Positions 12,856-27,646 of a stretch of DNA of 64,000 bases are shown here, piece by piece (position 1 is the stretch's first letter; every line of letters starts with the position of its first letter). The notes beneath the pieces were generated by a model. It was not told the origin of the DNA. It was given only the letters and a program-made list of their open reading frames with translations, and searched no databases. The stretch lies in the NCBI RefSeq assembly GCF_009914755.1, contig NC_060929.1. The stretch is one strand, 5' to 3'. The translations under genes and the position numbers were made by a program. This DNA comes from the human T2T-CHM13v2.0 reference genome, Homo sapiens.

Positions 12856-14519
12856 CCAATATTGATCAAGGGCTGCCATTATGTCAGGTCTTGTGCTTGG
12901 TCCTGGAGAGATGGCGTGAACCAGGCAAATGCTGCCTTCTCCTTCACTCTCTCTTGTGAACCTGCCATCTTGCAAGGTGCAGGCGATAAACCATGACCTT
13001 CCCATTGTTCCGTGTCCTCTGGCACCAGGAGGATCAGTATTTCCCCTCCTATGGCTTCTGCCTTGTCTCTGGTTCTGGGGGTTGGGGGAATGATTGGAAG
13101 GCCAAATCCAAGAATCTTTGTCGTCTGTTGCCCCTTTCTTAGCTTTTAATGTGATCAAAACTCTGGTCTGGACTGAAGCCTAGAGAAGTAGACATGTTTG
13201 CCCCAAGGCTGTCTGAGGAGTGAGGAGCTAGGGCAGGATTTGAACTAGATATGTCTGACCCAAGCCCCATGATAAGGCCGTGTGTTCTAAACTCAGGCAA
13301 CTGTTATGGGTGCAAATTCCTTCCCTACTTTGAGCTAAAATCCCCAGCCTGCCATTTGCATCTGATAGTGTTCTATATTCTCAAAATAGAAGTCACTCTG
13401 GCAAATATTTGGCATTATATTTCTGTCTTTCCTAATGCTCCTCTGCTCTTCCAACTTTTTTTTATTAGAAAGGATGTTGAGTTCCTTTTTTTTTTTCTCC
13501 TGTGGCTCTTGCTGAACCTGCTACCCTTTGTCAAAGTGTCCCTTTAAGCAGTATGCCTGAAGTCGAATGGGCCACTTCCAATGAGGGCTAAAGTGCGGGA
13601 ATGAGCAGGCTTCCCATCTCCAATAGTGAGTGCTTGCTTCATCAGCTTTTCTGTTGGGCACACCCTACAAAACATGATCTTTGAGTCCTCTGGAACCACC
13701 AGTTATGGGCGTGCTTCAAAGGGGAGGGTGCCTAGGCACCAACATGCATTGAGCACCTCATGGGTTCCAAGCTTAGTTCACACACAGTGTTGCTTTGAGT
13801 TGTCTCCATATGTCTCTGAAGCAGGTCTTATTAGTCCCATTTTGCAAATGAGTCAACTGAGGTTCAGAGAAGGGCTATAATTAGGATCACAGAACTAAGC
13901 AAAATCTCCCAATCTTTTTGCCCATGTGGTCAGGTTTTGAAGCCCAATGGGCAGGACCGATAACAACCACTGTGAAAATAGTGAGTTTGGATTCAGTTTC
14001 TCAGACGTGACATTCATAATATGTTGGAGTTCCAAATGTTTCAGGACCCAGAGTTGGGGTATGATCCCCAACTTCATCATTTCTCTGAATTTCATCATCA
14101 TGGCATTCATAAATGTCACAAATGGGACAGTGTTGTGTTCAGACTCCTGAAGTCTCCATCAGAGACCTGCCCCATCCCAGTCTCTATGGTCGCACTGACC
14201 AGCACTTTTCATGTCTTGACCCAAGGACAAGAAAGAATCCAGTGAAAATATCTTCACTCCCGCCCCCTGCCACCAAACTTCTTCAACTTGTCCGAGTGGG
14301 TATTACGCAAAACCATTGTGGTGGGCATTGGTGGTTTTCAACCTACGTTTATTTCTTGTTTGGGGTTAACATTTTATTTACTTTGGGGAATAGAATAGAT
14401 TGGAATATTGCTTTCGATTCTTCATTCCCCTTTAAGAGAATTAGACATCCATGCCCTTCATCACATGACTTTTCAGTATCTCTCCATTGAAGGGGAGAAT
14501 TTGTCTCTCCAAGGGACTG

Positions 14520-14845
14520 AAGTTGAGCTTGGCCATGTGACTCTTGTGAACCGGTGGCACATGAGTGTTTGCGAGCTGAGCAGAGGCTCTAAATGTGTTT
14601 GTGTGATTTGGTCTTCTGTGCCCCTATTATCCGGTGAGAAAAACATGTGTCCTGGTCTATACAGGATGAGAGGGACACGGTACAGACCCAAACCCAACAT
14701 TAGTCTAGAGTCAAGCCCAGTCCCTCCCAGCAGGGACACAACTTTTTCTCAGATTCATGAGTAAGAAATAGAAAGGCTTGTTAGCGTAAGCCACTGAGTT
14801 TTGTAGTTGTTTCCCAGAATTAGTGCAGTGATAACTGATTAATGA
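14520..14845 (+). mobile_element. MLT1H-like LTR fragment
   Basis: gcttggccatgtgactc...gcagaggctctaaatgtg...taagccactgagttttgtagttgtt...gataactgattaat. Confidence 0.6.
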
Positions 14846-16759
14846 CTACAGGGGTGCATCCCCTGTCCCAGGCCTTCAACACCAGGGTGGGGACCATGAC
14901 CCAAGCTTGGTCAGGAAGCGTATCTGTGCCGACGACTCCTGATTTCCCATCTCACCCACTGTCCATTCTCTGCCCAACCCTCACCTGCTCCAAGCCCAGG
15001 CCCCTTCCTCCACTGCAGCCCCCACCTGACTCTGGTAATGCAGTTTCCTTTCCTGCCTCTCAAGCCAATGGGAGGCAAGAGAGTCTCCCTGTGGCTAGGT
15101 GCAGGTGCTCAACACCCTTGTGGGCTCCCTTGTCTCACATCTTAGACCTTTCATTCATTTATATTCCAAATCCCCACCGCACATACTGTCTATTTCCAAG
15201 TGAGATGGCCTGGTCCAGACCACACCCTTCATCCCAAATTCTAGATGCACCTGGGCAGTCACTTACACTTCATTTTATCCCCCAATTGAGAAAATAGGGA
15301 TTATGCTGTTGCCCTTTCAATGCTGCCATGAGAGAGAAATGGGATCACGGATAAACAGTGGCTAGGCTTGTGTTATAGCCGCACGGTGGATTTGCAATAC
15401 AGGTGAGTTCTCTGGGCCTATCTTGCTATTGCTAGCATCTAATGTGATGCCGGGAACACACCAAAGCATTAATAAATATTTGTAGACAGAAAAGCCCTCT
15501 GGCAGATTTTCTTCCTTTGACCTTTTGATTATTTTTCCTCTTGACATAACAGAATAAGATACCTAGTACCATGGTGACAATCTCTATAGAAATCCATAGC
15601 TTGCTCTCAGCACACCCGCAGATGCCAGTGGGAGGCTGGCATAGATTTGGACCAATAGAGAGGAGGCATGGTTAGCCTTGTCCTGGTTACAAAGAACATG
15701 TTTTTTTTTTGTTGTTGTTTTTTCCCCCTTTCAAATGGACCTTCCTGTCCCCAATGCAGCATCAACTAGCTCTCTCATAATGTGGGTTAATTTTCCATCA
15801 GCTCCTAGAAAGAGTGTATTTCCAGACTCTCTGGGGACAGACAGAGGAGTTTCAAACAGGATAAAGCAAGCTTCAGTGGAGAGTATTTGGAGTCTGCCGT
15901 GGCGTCAGGCTGCTCCAACCGCATTTCTGCCAGAGGGTGGGAACGTGTTTGCTTGGAACAGGTAATTCTTTCGGATACTCTAATCCGAGGTTTGAAATAG
16001 ACTTGTGTTGCTACCAGAAACCCCTGTTGTGTGGCCTTTTCTTTGTTAGGCTTGTCCTGGTAAAGGCTGGGGATGCATTGGCTTGGGAGTGGAGGTCCTT
16101 TACTGAAGCCAGTGTGTCTGCCTCTTTAAGAGGGACCTCGAGGAGGGACAGTCCGAGAATCACAGAGATGAAAGCCAGATGGCCACTAAATAGGATGGCA
16201 GCGAGTGAGGAGAGGACGGCCAGCTGGGCTGTCTGCTTTATCACCTTGCAGTGGAGAAGACTTCTGCCTGTGGCTGCAGGTGGAAGATCTGGGGGTAGGG
16301 ATGGCACCCTGAGCCAGGGCCCTCTGAATGGTCCAACTGGCCCCACCTTCTGCCCAAACCGGAACACAGAGTTCTAGACCCAGGAGACAGAGAAAGTCTG
16401 GGCCATGGAGTCAGAGAGGTCTGGGTTCAGATTCTAGCTGTGTCTCCCTGAACAGTGGTATAGTCTGTCCAACTTCCATTTCCTCGTCCATAAAATGGGT
16501 TGGTGATCCCATCTCACAAATTCACTGTGAGGCAAGTACAAAGAATACAACTTGAGCACAGTGCGTGGGGTATGGTTTTTCCTTGAGCAGGTGCTCAGGA
16601 AATTTCAGTGTCCCTGTATTCTGGAGAGCACTCTAATAATTATTTAACTAAGAGAGGGAGAAGGGGAACTTTTTTTCTGAGAGTCTGGGATCCTGGCCAT
16701 TTAAAAATGAAATCCCCAAATCCTGCTTAAACACCTTACTAAGAATGCAAGTATATCAC

Positions 16760-17235
16760 TCAGGGCTGGTACCAGATACCTGTAACAGAAAACCCAGATA
16801 ACAGTGGCTTAAACAACAAAAGAGTTTACTTTCTTTTCTCTCATATAAAATAAATCCTGATGCAAAAAGTCAAAGGCTAGAATGATGGCTCCTCAGTCAT
16901 CCCTTCCAAGAAGACAAGGCTCTATCTTTGTGCTCTGCTACCCTTAGAGAGTGGCTTCCTCTGTCAAGGTCACTGCATGGTCATGAAACGCTACTGCAGC
17001 TCCAGCCATTATGTCCACATTCCTGGCACCAAGAAGGGGCAAGCAGTGCAAGAGGAGGCACCTCTCAGATGAGTCAGCACTTTAAAAAATCTTTACCGGA
17101 AGCTTCTCCCAATGACTTCAACTTACATCTTATTGGGTACCCTCTATGGCAAGAGGGGCTGGGAAATTTATGGGGCAGGTAGACGCTCCCAGTAATAATA
17201 GGGGTTCTGTTAGTAGAGAGCAATGGCAGAATGTC
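16760..17235 (-). mobile_element. MLT1J/K-like LTR
   Basis: tgtaacagaaaacccagataacagtggcttaaacaa...gcagctccagccattatgtccacattcc...gacttcaacttacatcttattgg...ggggttctgttagt. Confidence 0.7.
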
Positions 17236-17853
17236 ACCTCTGCCATAGCCAACATGCAGCTTCTTCAACTTCCCTGGAAAGGTTTCCTGGGCATATTTCC
17301 CCAGGAACAATAAAGTATCTCAGGTTTTCTGCCTTCTCCACCGTCAGTCCTCACTCAGTGGACCAGCTGTTTCTGGAAAGGGCCACTGGTGAGAGTAAGG
17401 TCAGAACCCTGTGGCATACAGGTGGTCTCAGAGGCAGAGCTGCAGGAAGGTCCTGGCCACACCTCTGGCTGGCTGGCTATTCCTGGGTGAGTTACTTAAC
17501 TGCACATCTCAGGATTCATGGATACCCTTAAGGATCAGTGAGATACTTGAACGCTCAGCAAAATATCCTGCAAGGGCCAGAGTCCAATAGGTTGTCAGTT
17601 GAGGTTAGTCCCCGACGTTTTCAACCTCCCATTGCCCACCTACCACCTCGATGTTAATAAAGCAACATCGGTTTTCATCCAACTTCAGATGATACATAGA
17701 TTTTACGCATCAGGAAGGTTCAGAACCAGAAGCTCAGATGGATTACATGTGGGTACCAGGTTGAGAACCTACCTGGAGAACTCTAAAACCCAAAGGATAA
17801 CCACTAAAATCTAAAATATTTTGCACTGTCTCATATCTGCCTATGTTACTGGC

Positions 17854-18385
17854 TGTACTAATTATCCATTACGGTGTCACAAATTACCCCAAAACTTAGT
17901 GGCTTAAAAGCCAGCTCAGTTTATCATCTCACTGTTTCTCTGGGTTGAGAAGCTGGGTGTGGCTTAGCTGGGTCCTCAGGCTCAAGGTCCCTCACAAGGC
18001 TGCAAGCAGGCTGTCCGTGGGGCTGTGACCATCTCAGTGCTGATATGGGGTTGGATCTGCTTCCCAGCTCACTCACGTGGCGGCTGGCAGGATCCAGCTC
18101 CTCATCGGCTGCTGGCTGGAGCCTCCTCAGTGCCATGCAGCATGGGCCTTTCCATAGTGCAGCTCACAGCGTGGCAGCTTGCTTCATCAGAATGAGCTAG
18201 TGAGAACGGAAGACAGAGAATGGGAGCAAGATGGAAGTCTTTTATAACGAAACCCCAGAAGGGGCATCCTTCTCTATTTTATTCCATTCATCAGAAGCAA
18301 GTCACTAGGTCCAGCCCAAACTCAAGTGAGGGGATTCCACATGGGCATGAACATCAGAAGAAGGGATCACTCGGGGCAGGGAGGT
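17854..18385 (-). mobile_element. MLT1F-like LTR
   Basis: acaaattaccccaaaacttagtggcttaaaa...ggcttagctgggtcctc...agaagcaagtcactaggtccagccca. Confidence 0.85.
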
Positions 18386-19834
18386 GCCAATTGGCTTTTG
18401 GAAGTGCCAAGCGAGGTCCTGCCTCATCCACCCACCTCCACTCCCAGGCTCCAGACATGGGGCCTGTTTCCTTCCATGAGCAAGCCCAACTCCTCCTCCC
18501 GTGGGGCCTTTGCTTGTGTAGTTCTGTTTTCCTGGTGACTCTTCCCTCTCTCCCTTCATAGTTCTACTCATTTTCAAAGTTCATCCCCAAACTCATTTTT
18601 TCCAAGAAGACTTTCTTGGACACCCTGCTTCTGAGTCACAGGAAGGAGGGGTGCCTGAAGCCCTACTCAGTACTGGGTAGCCCCAAAAGGTTGCCTTCAA
18701 ACAGAAGTCTGGGCCCTGACTGTTCAACTCTCGTTCCTTGTATGGTTAACTGTGTTTGGACCTTCAGCTGTAGTTGTCATCCTCAACCAGAGAGGCTTTG
18801 GATCTAGTTCACGGATTCTTGGCATGTCATGCTGCACTGCCCCGGCAGTCAGAATGGAGGAAAGAGATGGACCTTATTTCAGGCCAGGCCCCAGCTCTGA
18901 ATATGTGTGTGTTTGGGGCATGTTGTTTTTTATCATCTGAGTTCAGTCCTGTGCTTGTAGAAGGTATAATTTTCAGTCCATAAACTCAGGTGTGGGGTAG
19001 ATAGAAATATCTCTATCATAATTGAGTTCAGTTCCTATTTTGAGCCTCCACTCAGCCCAGGTAGGTAACAAATCAGTCTCAGCTGATCTGCCCCTCCTTT
19101 TCCCAGAGATTGCATTTCTGCGTGTTATACAAAGGTGATAGAAGGATGGCCACCTGCTCTCCCATGCCACCTGTCCCTGGCATTTATCATTCTGGGTCAT
19201 GGGTCAATGCAGGCCACCATGGAGCTGTCCCTTGCTCCCGTCTGCAACCTGTCTCCAGTCAGGTGACTCTGTGCTTCTGTGACATTCTGGGGCTCACAGT
19301 CATCACTGTTCTATCTCTTGTTTCTCATAGGATCCATGAGGCAGGTAAGCCCCGAGTCTCCTAGATGTACTATGTGGCCACTTCCTTTGGCGCTTCCCTC
19401 ATCCCTAGGCACCCCCTCTTCCTTTCTGCTGTGAGATTTCATGGGCCATGCCTCTAGGGACTTTTGTCTTTGCCCTGACACCTGGCCGAGAGAGCAGAGC
19501 ACAAAGATCAGTTTCTCGAGGACACTGACAGTCTCAGCACTCCTGCTGTGATAACCTTTCCACATCAGCCTGGGAATGTTCTCTTGGTCCACAGGCCCCC
19601 AGGGAGAGCCTTTGCTCATGATGTCCTCCTCCAGCATTTTTTGGCTAAGCCATGATTTTTTTCCAATCTCCTGAGAAACTCATCTTCAAAGCTGAAAAGC
19701 CAACGAAGACTCATTTTTGTCTCCTTTCTGCTGTCACAGGGAACAGCCTCAACTGACTTCAAGCAGGGAAGGCCAAGGCAGGAAAATAAAAAGCCAGAGG
19801 AAACCACAGACCTTCTTAACACTATCTGCCCCTC

Positions 19835-20930
<1,096 letters not shown>

Positions 20931-20953
20931 ACACCCAAAGAAATAGAGGTTGA

Positions 20954-21250
20954 GGTTCAGATGGAGTGGCTCAAGCCTGTAATCTCCACACTTTGGGAGG
21001 CTGAGGTAGGAAAATTGTTTGAGCCCAGGAGTTTGAGACCAACCTGGACAAAATTACTTCTAACCATCTATATAACTATTTTTTTTTTTAAAAATTAGCC
21101 AGGCATGGTGGCACACCCCTGTGGTCACAGCTACTCGGAAGGATCGCCTGAGGCCGGGAGGTCGAGGTTGCTGTGAGCCCTGATTGCACCATTGCACTCC
21201 AGGCTGGGTGCCTGGGTGACAGAGCGAAACCGTGTCTGGAAAAAAAAAAA
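20954..21250 (+). mobile_element. AluJ, diverged, with T-rich linker
   Basis: gtggctcaagcctgtaatc...gagcccaggagtttgagacc...gggaggtcgaggttgctgtgag...A-tail. Confidence 0.88.
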
Positions 21251-22303
21251 GGGTTGGGGAGGAGGAGAGGGTTGGTTTAGTCTGAAGTCCAGGAAGGAGT
21301 CAGGATCCCGTGGATAAGAAACCTCTCAGTGTTGCAGTTCTGAACCTTAGCAGAAGGTTCTGGAGCAGAAAAGCCCAGATTGGAAGTACATGCAAGAGGC
21401 AGCTGTGGAACTCTAGTACTTTGCCATAGTTGCCATGGGTGGTAGTCAATTAGGATGTTTTCAACAGAGAGGAAAAAAAAAGTGCAGCTGACAGTGGCCC
21501 AGATAAATAAGGCATTAAGACTCGCTGAAGAAGAGAGTTCCAGGGCTGGAGTCAGCAGCTCACTATCCCATCAGGAGACCCACGTTCTTTCTTTCCTTCT
21601 GCTCTGCCATCCTTTGCTGCGGGCTTTTGGTCACCTTGCTAGCAAGATGGGTGGTGTATTCTAAATTTCAATATTTCCATGAAATAGACCAGTGTTCCCT
21701 GAAGCATTACATTTTTCTGGGTCCTACCAGCGTATTAGCTTTGACACTTGAGTGGACTCTTATCTGTAATCCCGATGCAGACACAGTGTGGTGTCTTGCA
21801 GTCTTTTCGTAGGACCGTAAAGCATTCGGGAGTCAGCAGGGATATGTGGAAAGAGTATATTGGGGCCACATACACCTGCATTTGAATCTAGCCTTTCTGT
21901 GAATGTTCAGGAGGTCACGTCCTCTTTCTGTCCCTTGCAGTATCTCTGAAAATGAGATTTAGGGATGGTGGGTGTCCAGAAGATGATTTTGTCGTGTCTG
22001 GCTTGGGCCAGCAGTAGCTCTCTCCTTTATTTTGCTACCACCCTTTCCCTCCATCTCATCTCACTCCTCATGAGGGTATAGTTTAAAGAACAACCCCAGG
22101 AGAGGGCTAAGTTCAGTCTCATGAAGTGAACTCCTAATGGGGAATTTCAGGTAGCTGCTGGTGGGGAGAGGCATTTGAGGTGGCTAAGGTAGGGAAAATA
22201 TGGGCTACTTGGCCACTGCTTTTAAAGCAGTGTTTAAAACTCTGCTCTGTTCACGCAGGGCTCCCCAGTGAATAGAGTGTGCAACTGGGAAGCGACAGAG
22301 TGA

Positions 22304-22599
<296 letters not shown>

Positions 22600-23279
22600 A
22601 CAACAGAGTGATTTTTTTAAAGAAAGTGATAGACAACAACCTACGTCATCTTTGGGGTCAAGCTATCAGAAATAGAGCCTCCCTTGCCCTCAGATGTCTC
22701 CGTGCTTAGCCTGGCAAAGCTATGAGTAAGTGTGGAGCTCATTACAGGAGCCGGAGACACTCTCTTGCTCTGCCTTGAGTCAGGCCGCCTGGTGTTGATG
22801 AGTCACCACCGCCTGCCCTGGCCCCCTGCCTACCAGGAGGCCACTACCGCCGGACATTTTTATTTTCCTTTGTGGGGAAAGAGTCTGACCTCTGTGCTCT
22901 GTGTCTCTATCCATATTCTGCCTGTCCCAGACAGAGGCAAAGGTTCTCTGCACAGCCCTCCTTTTTTCAGGGAAACTGTGGGGGTGAGGGGGCCAAAGAG
23001 GGGAATCTGAGCAGGTCTCAGGCATGCAGATAATACAGAGGTAGGAGCCTTTCGGGATTCGCAAGATGCTCAACCAGGCACCATCCATCACTGCCAAAAG
23101 CAGCTGTTATGCAAAGTAGCTTAATTGGCCTACAGGTTGGTTGAGTTTTAAACCCACGGATTGTACCAAGGCAAAGGAAATGAAAATATTTGACAGATTC
23201 TGGGTGGGGCTGTGTGGTTTACACAAACATAGAAGAAAAACATCTGGGGCTAGAATGGGCCTCAAACGACAAATGTTCA

Positions 23280-23470
23280 GATATATAGTAATATAATACA
23301 CAAACATATATATAATATATATGTGCTTTGTGCGTGTGCGTGTGTGTAAGCTGAGAGGAAGCACGCAGAAATGCAAACATCAGCAGCTTTTGGATATCTA
23401 TATCTATATATAGATATAGATCTATGGATATCCACTATATGTATCTGTAAATGTAATGTAATATGTTCAA
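23280..23470. repeat. TA/TG low-complexity block with 26-bp palindrome
   Basis: atctatatctatatatagatatagat (23396-23421) is self-complementary. Confidence 0.75.
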
Positions 23471-24139
23471 AATACAATCCCATGGAAGGTTCCAGACAGA
23501 GGCTGGAGACTGAGCCGTCACCCTGGGATTGAAGACAACGTGACGGTTCATTCTCCAGAGTTACCTCACACCTGGATAAGTCACAGCCGGCTGTGGAGGT
23601 CATCACTGAGTTGTGTCACACAGGGAAAAATTCATTCATCCATTTCTTCGTAGAGTCTACAGTTGTTGTTTTGAGTGTCAGTTTAGCAATCAGAGGCCTG
23701 GCTTTGAATGGCTTCCCCAGGAATCTGGGAAACTTGGGTAACTTATTTAACTTCCTTGGGTCTCATTTTCCTAGTCTAGAAATTGGTGTCTATTTCTTGG
23801 TCTGGAGAGGATAAAATGAAGTCATAGAGGTGCCTGGCATATAACAGAACGTGGTTCATAATCATACATAATACGTAATCATGTATTACTTTTTTTGACA
23901 CACTTCAGTTGAGCACATATTTTGCGCCAAGTCTTGTGCTAAACACCAAGGATATAGACTTGTTTGATTCATTCATTTCACAGATATTTGCTGAGCACCT
24001 ACTACGTGCTTGACAGACACTGTGCTAGGCTCCCAGGCTGGCAAGGGAGACAGACATTCAAAAAACTACAAATAAGTAGTATAGGCAGCTCCTCCCTCGC
24101 TGACTGCCAAAGCTTCGAAGGGTTCCAGTCCAGCAGGCT

Positions 24140-24290
24140 CATCACAGTTATTATCGGCCCCTTCTACAGATGAGAAAACTGAGGCTCAGAAAGGTTGAGA
24201 GACTTCCCCAAGTCTCCCACAGCTAGTGAGGGGCTAAGCCTCAATTGTAGCCCAGACCAGCCTAATTCCAAGGACCGTGTCCTTTCTTAA
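24140..24290 (-). mobile_element. MIR
   Basis: tacagatgagaaaactgaggctcagaaaggttgagagacttccccaag...cagctagtgag. Confidence 0.8.
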
Positions 24291-24459
24291 CAATGCATAT
24301 CTACCAGGGTGCATTTCTCAAGCTTTGAGATAAAGACATCAGGCAAGAAAGGGGCAAGAAAATGCACAAATACCAGAGGTATTCCTTTTCCCAAGTCTCC
24401 AATGTGGGAAGAATATAATTCCGGGACTACTGAGGAGGGGGTTTGAGTAGGCAGCAAGG

Positions 24460-24820
24460 GGTGATGTGGATATATGCATGTATGTGTGTCTGTGTGTGTG
24501 TGTGTGTCTGCACCCATTTCTGTGAGTGTGTAAAATGTCTGTGTATATGCGCCTGTCTGTGTATTTGCATGACTACACATGGAAGAGAGGCAGGTGTGTT
24601 TGCATGACTGTGTGTGTGTATTTGTGTGTGTGTATCTGTGAGTCTGCACGTGTGTCTCTGGGGATGTGTGGGTGTTTTGTGTGTTTCTATACACGTGTGC
24701 CTTTTGATATGTCTTTCAGTGTGTCTACCTGTCTGCGTGTCTCTCTGTGCCTGTGAGTGTGTGTTGGTGTGTCTGTGAAGGTCTATGTGGGTGTGCCTCT
24801 GTGGGTGTGTGGCATGACTT
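24460..24820. repeat. Degenerate (TG)n low-complexity tract
   Basis: About 360 bp of interrupted tgtgtg. Confidence 0.85.
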
Positions 24821-25104
24821 GTCTCCTTTTCTGTCCTCAGTCGTTTCTGTGGAGCTGATCTAGCTTGTCCTTCAGAACAAAGGGAACTGACAACGTCAGT
24901 GGCTTGGGCTTTATCTCCCAGCCTGCCATCCTGTCAGAGGAAATGAAATGTACTTGGCACAGTCTGCTCCTTATGATGTCATTCTGGCTGTGACCTGCAC
25001 ATTCCGCTCTCCTAGGTATTTGTCTTTTGATTGCTTAACGAATACCTGCCAAAGATCAAGAGAACACGAGTGTGGGTTTTTTTTTTTTAAAGAATCATAG
25101 CTGC

Positions 25105-25400
<296 letters not shown>

Positions 25401-26889
25401 AAAAATCATAGCTGCATGGAATGTTAGCTGTCCATTTTCTTTGCTGTGAACTTGGGAGCCATGGTAAAGAGACAGCTTTGGCTTTGCAGTGGTGAGAGCT
25501 CGGTTCAAGTCTCCAGTCTGCCCCTTCAAAAGCTGTGTGACCTTGGAGAAGACAGTTTAGCTCTCTGAGCCAAGATTCCTTACCTTATGAGAAGGTTCCT
25601 TGGAGGGGCAAATATAACAATAGATGAAAACGTTTTCAGAAATCCACAAAGTCCTTAAATCATAGGATGTCAAGGCAAGGGGGCCCAGAGGGAGGACCCT
25701 GGGCGCAGATGTCAGGGAGATGTGGGTTTGGGCCCTGACTTCTTCCTTTCCTCAACATACGACACTGAGCAAGTTCCTGGACCTCTCTGAGCCTCAGATT
25801 GTCCCTCTGTTAAATAGGATAGCATCATATATAAAGCACTAAGGCAATGTGCTGGCCAATGTGAGGGCCCCTAAAACGGGAGCTGTTAACATTTTTAATA
25901 CTACAAAGGGGCTGACAGCAATATTAATGTCTGCCCACTTTCACACTTTCAGTGAGTGTAGCAAATTAAACCTCTGCAAGCGCAGGTATAATGAATGCAT
26001 AGTGTGACAGCAGTGATTTACTATCTCTCGTTTTTACTATTTCAAGATGCAACCTCAGCAGAGTGTTCTTGGCATTACCGCATTCTTGGCAAGCACCTTG
26101 CGTTTCATCTAGAACTCAGAGGCTGTTCTAGTTGCAGAGAGGAGCTGAGAACAAGGTGGCCTCTGGCCTACAGTGGTCCAGGCCAGCTGGCTGGGTGGCA
26201 GACTTCCCTAGTACCTGTCCCCAGTCTCTCCAACTGGATCCTTTCTACATGACGTCTTCACCTTCAGCAAAACCTCAAATCCCCCTTGTCTTTGAAGATG
26301 CTGTTCCCCCTGCCTGGAATATCCTTGGCTGCCACTCGACCCTTCAGCCAATCTGGGCTTGGATCCAGGTTCCTGTGCCCAGGCTAAGGCAGATATCCCT
26401 GCTCTGTGTCCCCAGTGCACCCTGCATTCACCCCACTGTGCATGACGTCCAGGGCATTTGAACCGTCTGCTTCTGTGCCTGGCCGCCTCCCAGAGGGTGC
26501 CCTCCAGGAGGTCAGGGACAGGGTATCCAGCAGTCCTCGGTGGATGTTTGCAGAGCAAGCACACAGAGATCATTCGTTTTCTGCCCCCACACCCTCCAGC
26601 AATACCTTCACATATAAATATATTCAGTTCATCCGAACTAATTCTGACAACCATTTGGCTTAATAGAAGAGATTTCAGAGAGCTGTGCCTCCTCTGTGGC
26701 TGCTGATGTTGGTTTTGAAGCAGATGGGTCTGTCTCCCTGCATCTGCTTGTTTTCAACAACTGCACCACGCAGGCCAGAGGACAAAAGGTTCCCAAGTCC
26801 TTGAGTAGCTTCAGCCTGAGTGTCAGGTCTAGCATGTGGGTTTGCCGTGATGGCAGTGGGCATCCATGTGGCTTGACGGCCTCCGTTTT

Positions 26890-27085
26890 GGAGAGTGGTT
26901 GGCAAGTCAGGCTCTGGGATTGGACTGCCTGAGTTGCAAGCCTCAGTTCTGCCACTTGCTAGCCATATGATGTGGGTGAGGTATTGAGCCTCTTTGGGCC
27001 TCAGTCTAATCATCTGTAAAACGGGGATGTGTAATAGTACCTACTTGCCCTGCTGGTTTTTGTTGGAATTAAATGAGATCAGTTG
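26890..27085 (+). mobile_element. MIR
   Basis: ggctctgggattggactgcctgagtt...ctgccacttgctagc...gcctcagtctaatcatctgtaaaacgggg...aattaaatgagat. Confidence 0.8.
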
Positions 27086-27430
27086 CTGGTGTAGAAAGAA
27101 TATTTAATGAAGTTTTGCTAGTGTTACTATTGTGTTGCATTTGTACCCAATGGTAGTATCAGACCAGGACCTCCACTCTGACTGTAACAGAGACTGAGCG
27201 TCTGGCTAGACACCCTGCCTCCATCCTGCCAGAGCTGGTTTCCCAGGGCTAGATGTTGGAATTACTCTACAATTTCAGATGGATCTTTTTATGATCATGA
27301 AGCACCCTCAAGGAGAGATAGATAGTTCCTCTGTGTCTGAGAAGGGTTCTTGCCTTTCTCTCACTTAATAGCAACCTGGCACACCTAGTTGGCAGTCTAC
27401 TTGGCACTTTGCTTACCTCATGGTATAGTA

Positions 27431-27646
27431 CAGGGGTCAACAAATGACAGCCCTAGGGCCAAATCTGGCCCCTTGCCTGTTTTGTTAAATAAAGTTTTGT
27501 TAGAACACAGTTCATTTATGTGTTGTCTGTGGCTGCTTTAGCAATAAAATGGCAGTGTGGAGTCGCTATGACAGAGACCACAGAGCTTGAAAAGCCTAAA
27601 GTATTTTCCATCTGGCTCTTTATAGAAAAAGTTTGCCAACCCCTTG
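27431..27646 (+). mobile_element. MER58A (hAT-Charlie)
   Basis: caggggtcaacaaa...gggccaaatctggcc...aataaagttttgttagaacacag...tctggctctttatagaaaaagtttgccaacccc. Confidence 0.9.

Noticed and set aside
14052-14073. 8-bp stem agttgggg/ccccaact
   Set aside because: Too short to exceed chance in 64 kb.
23396-23421. 26-bp perfect palindrome
   Set aside because: Arises trivially from low-complexity TA/TATC repeats.
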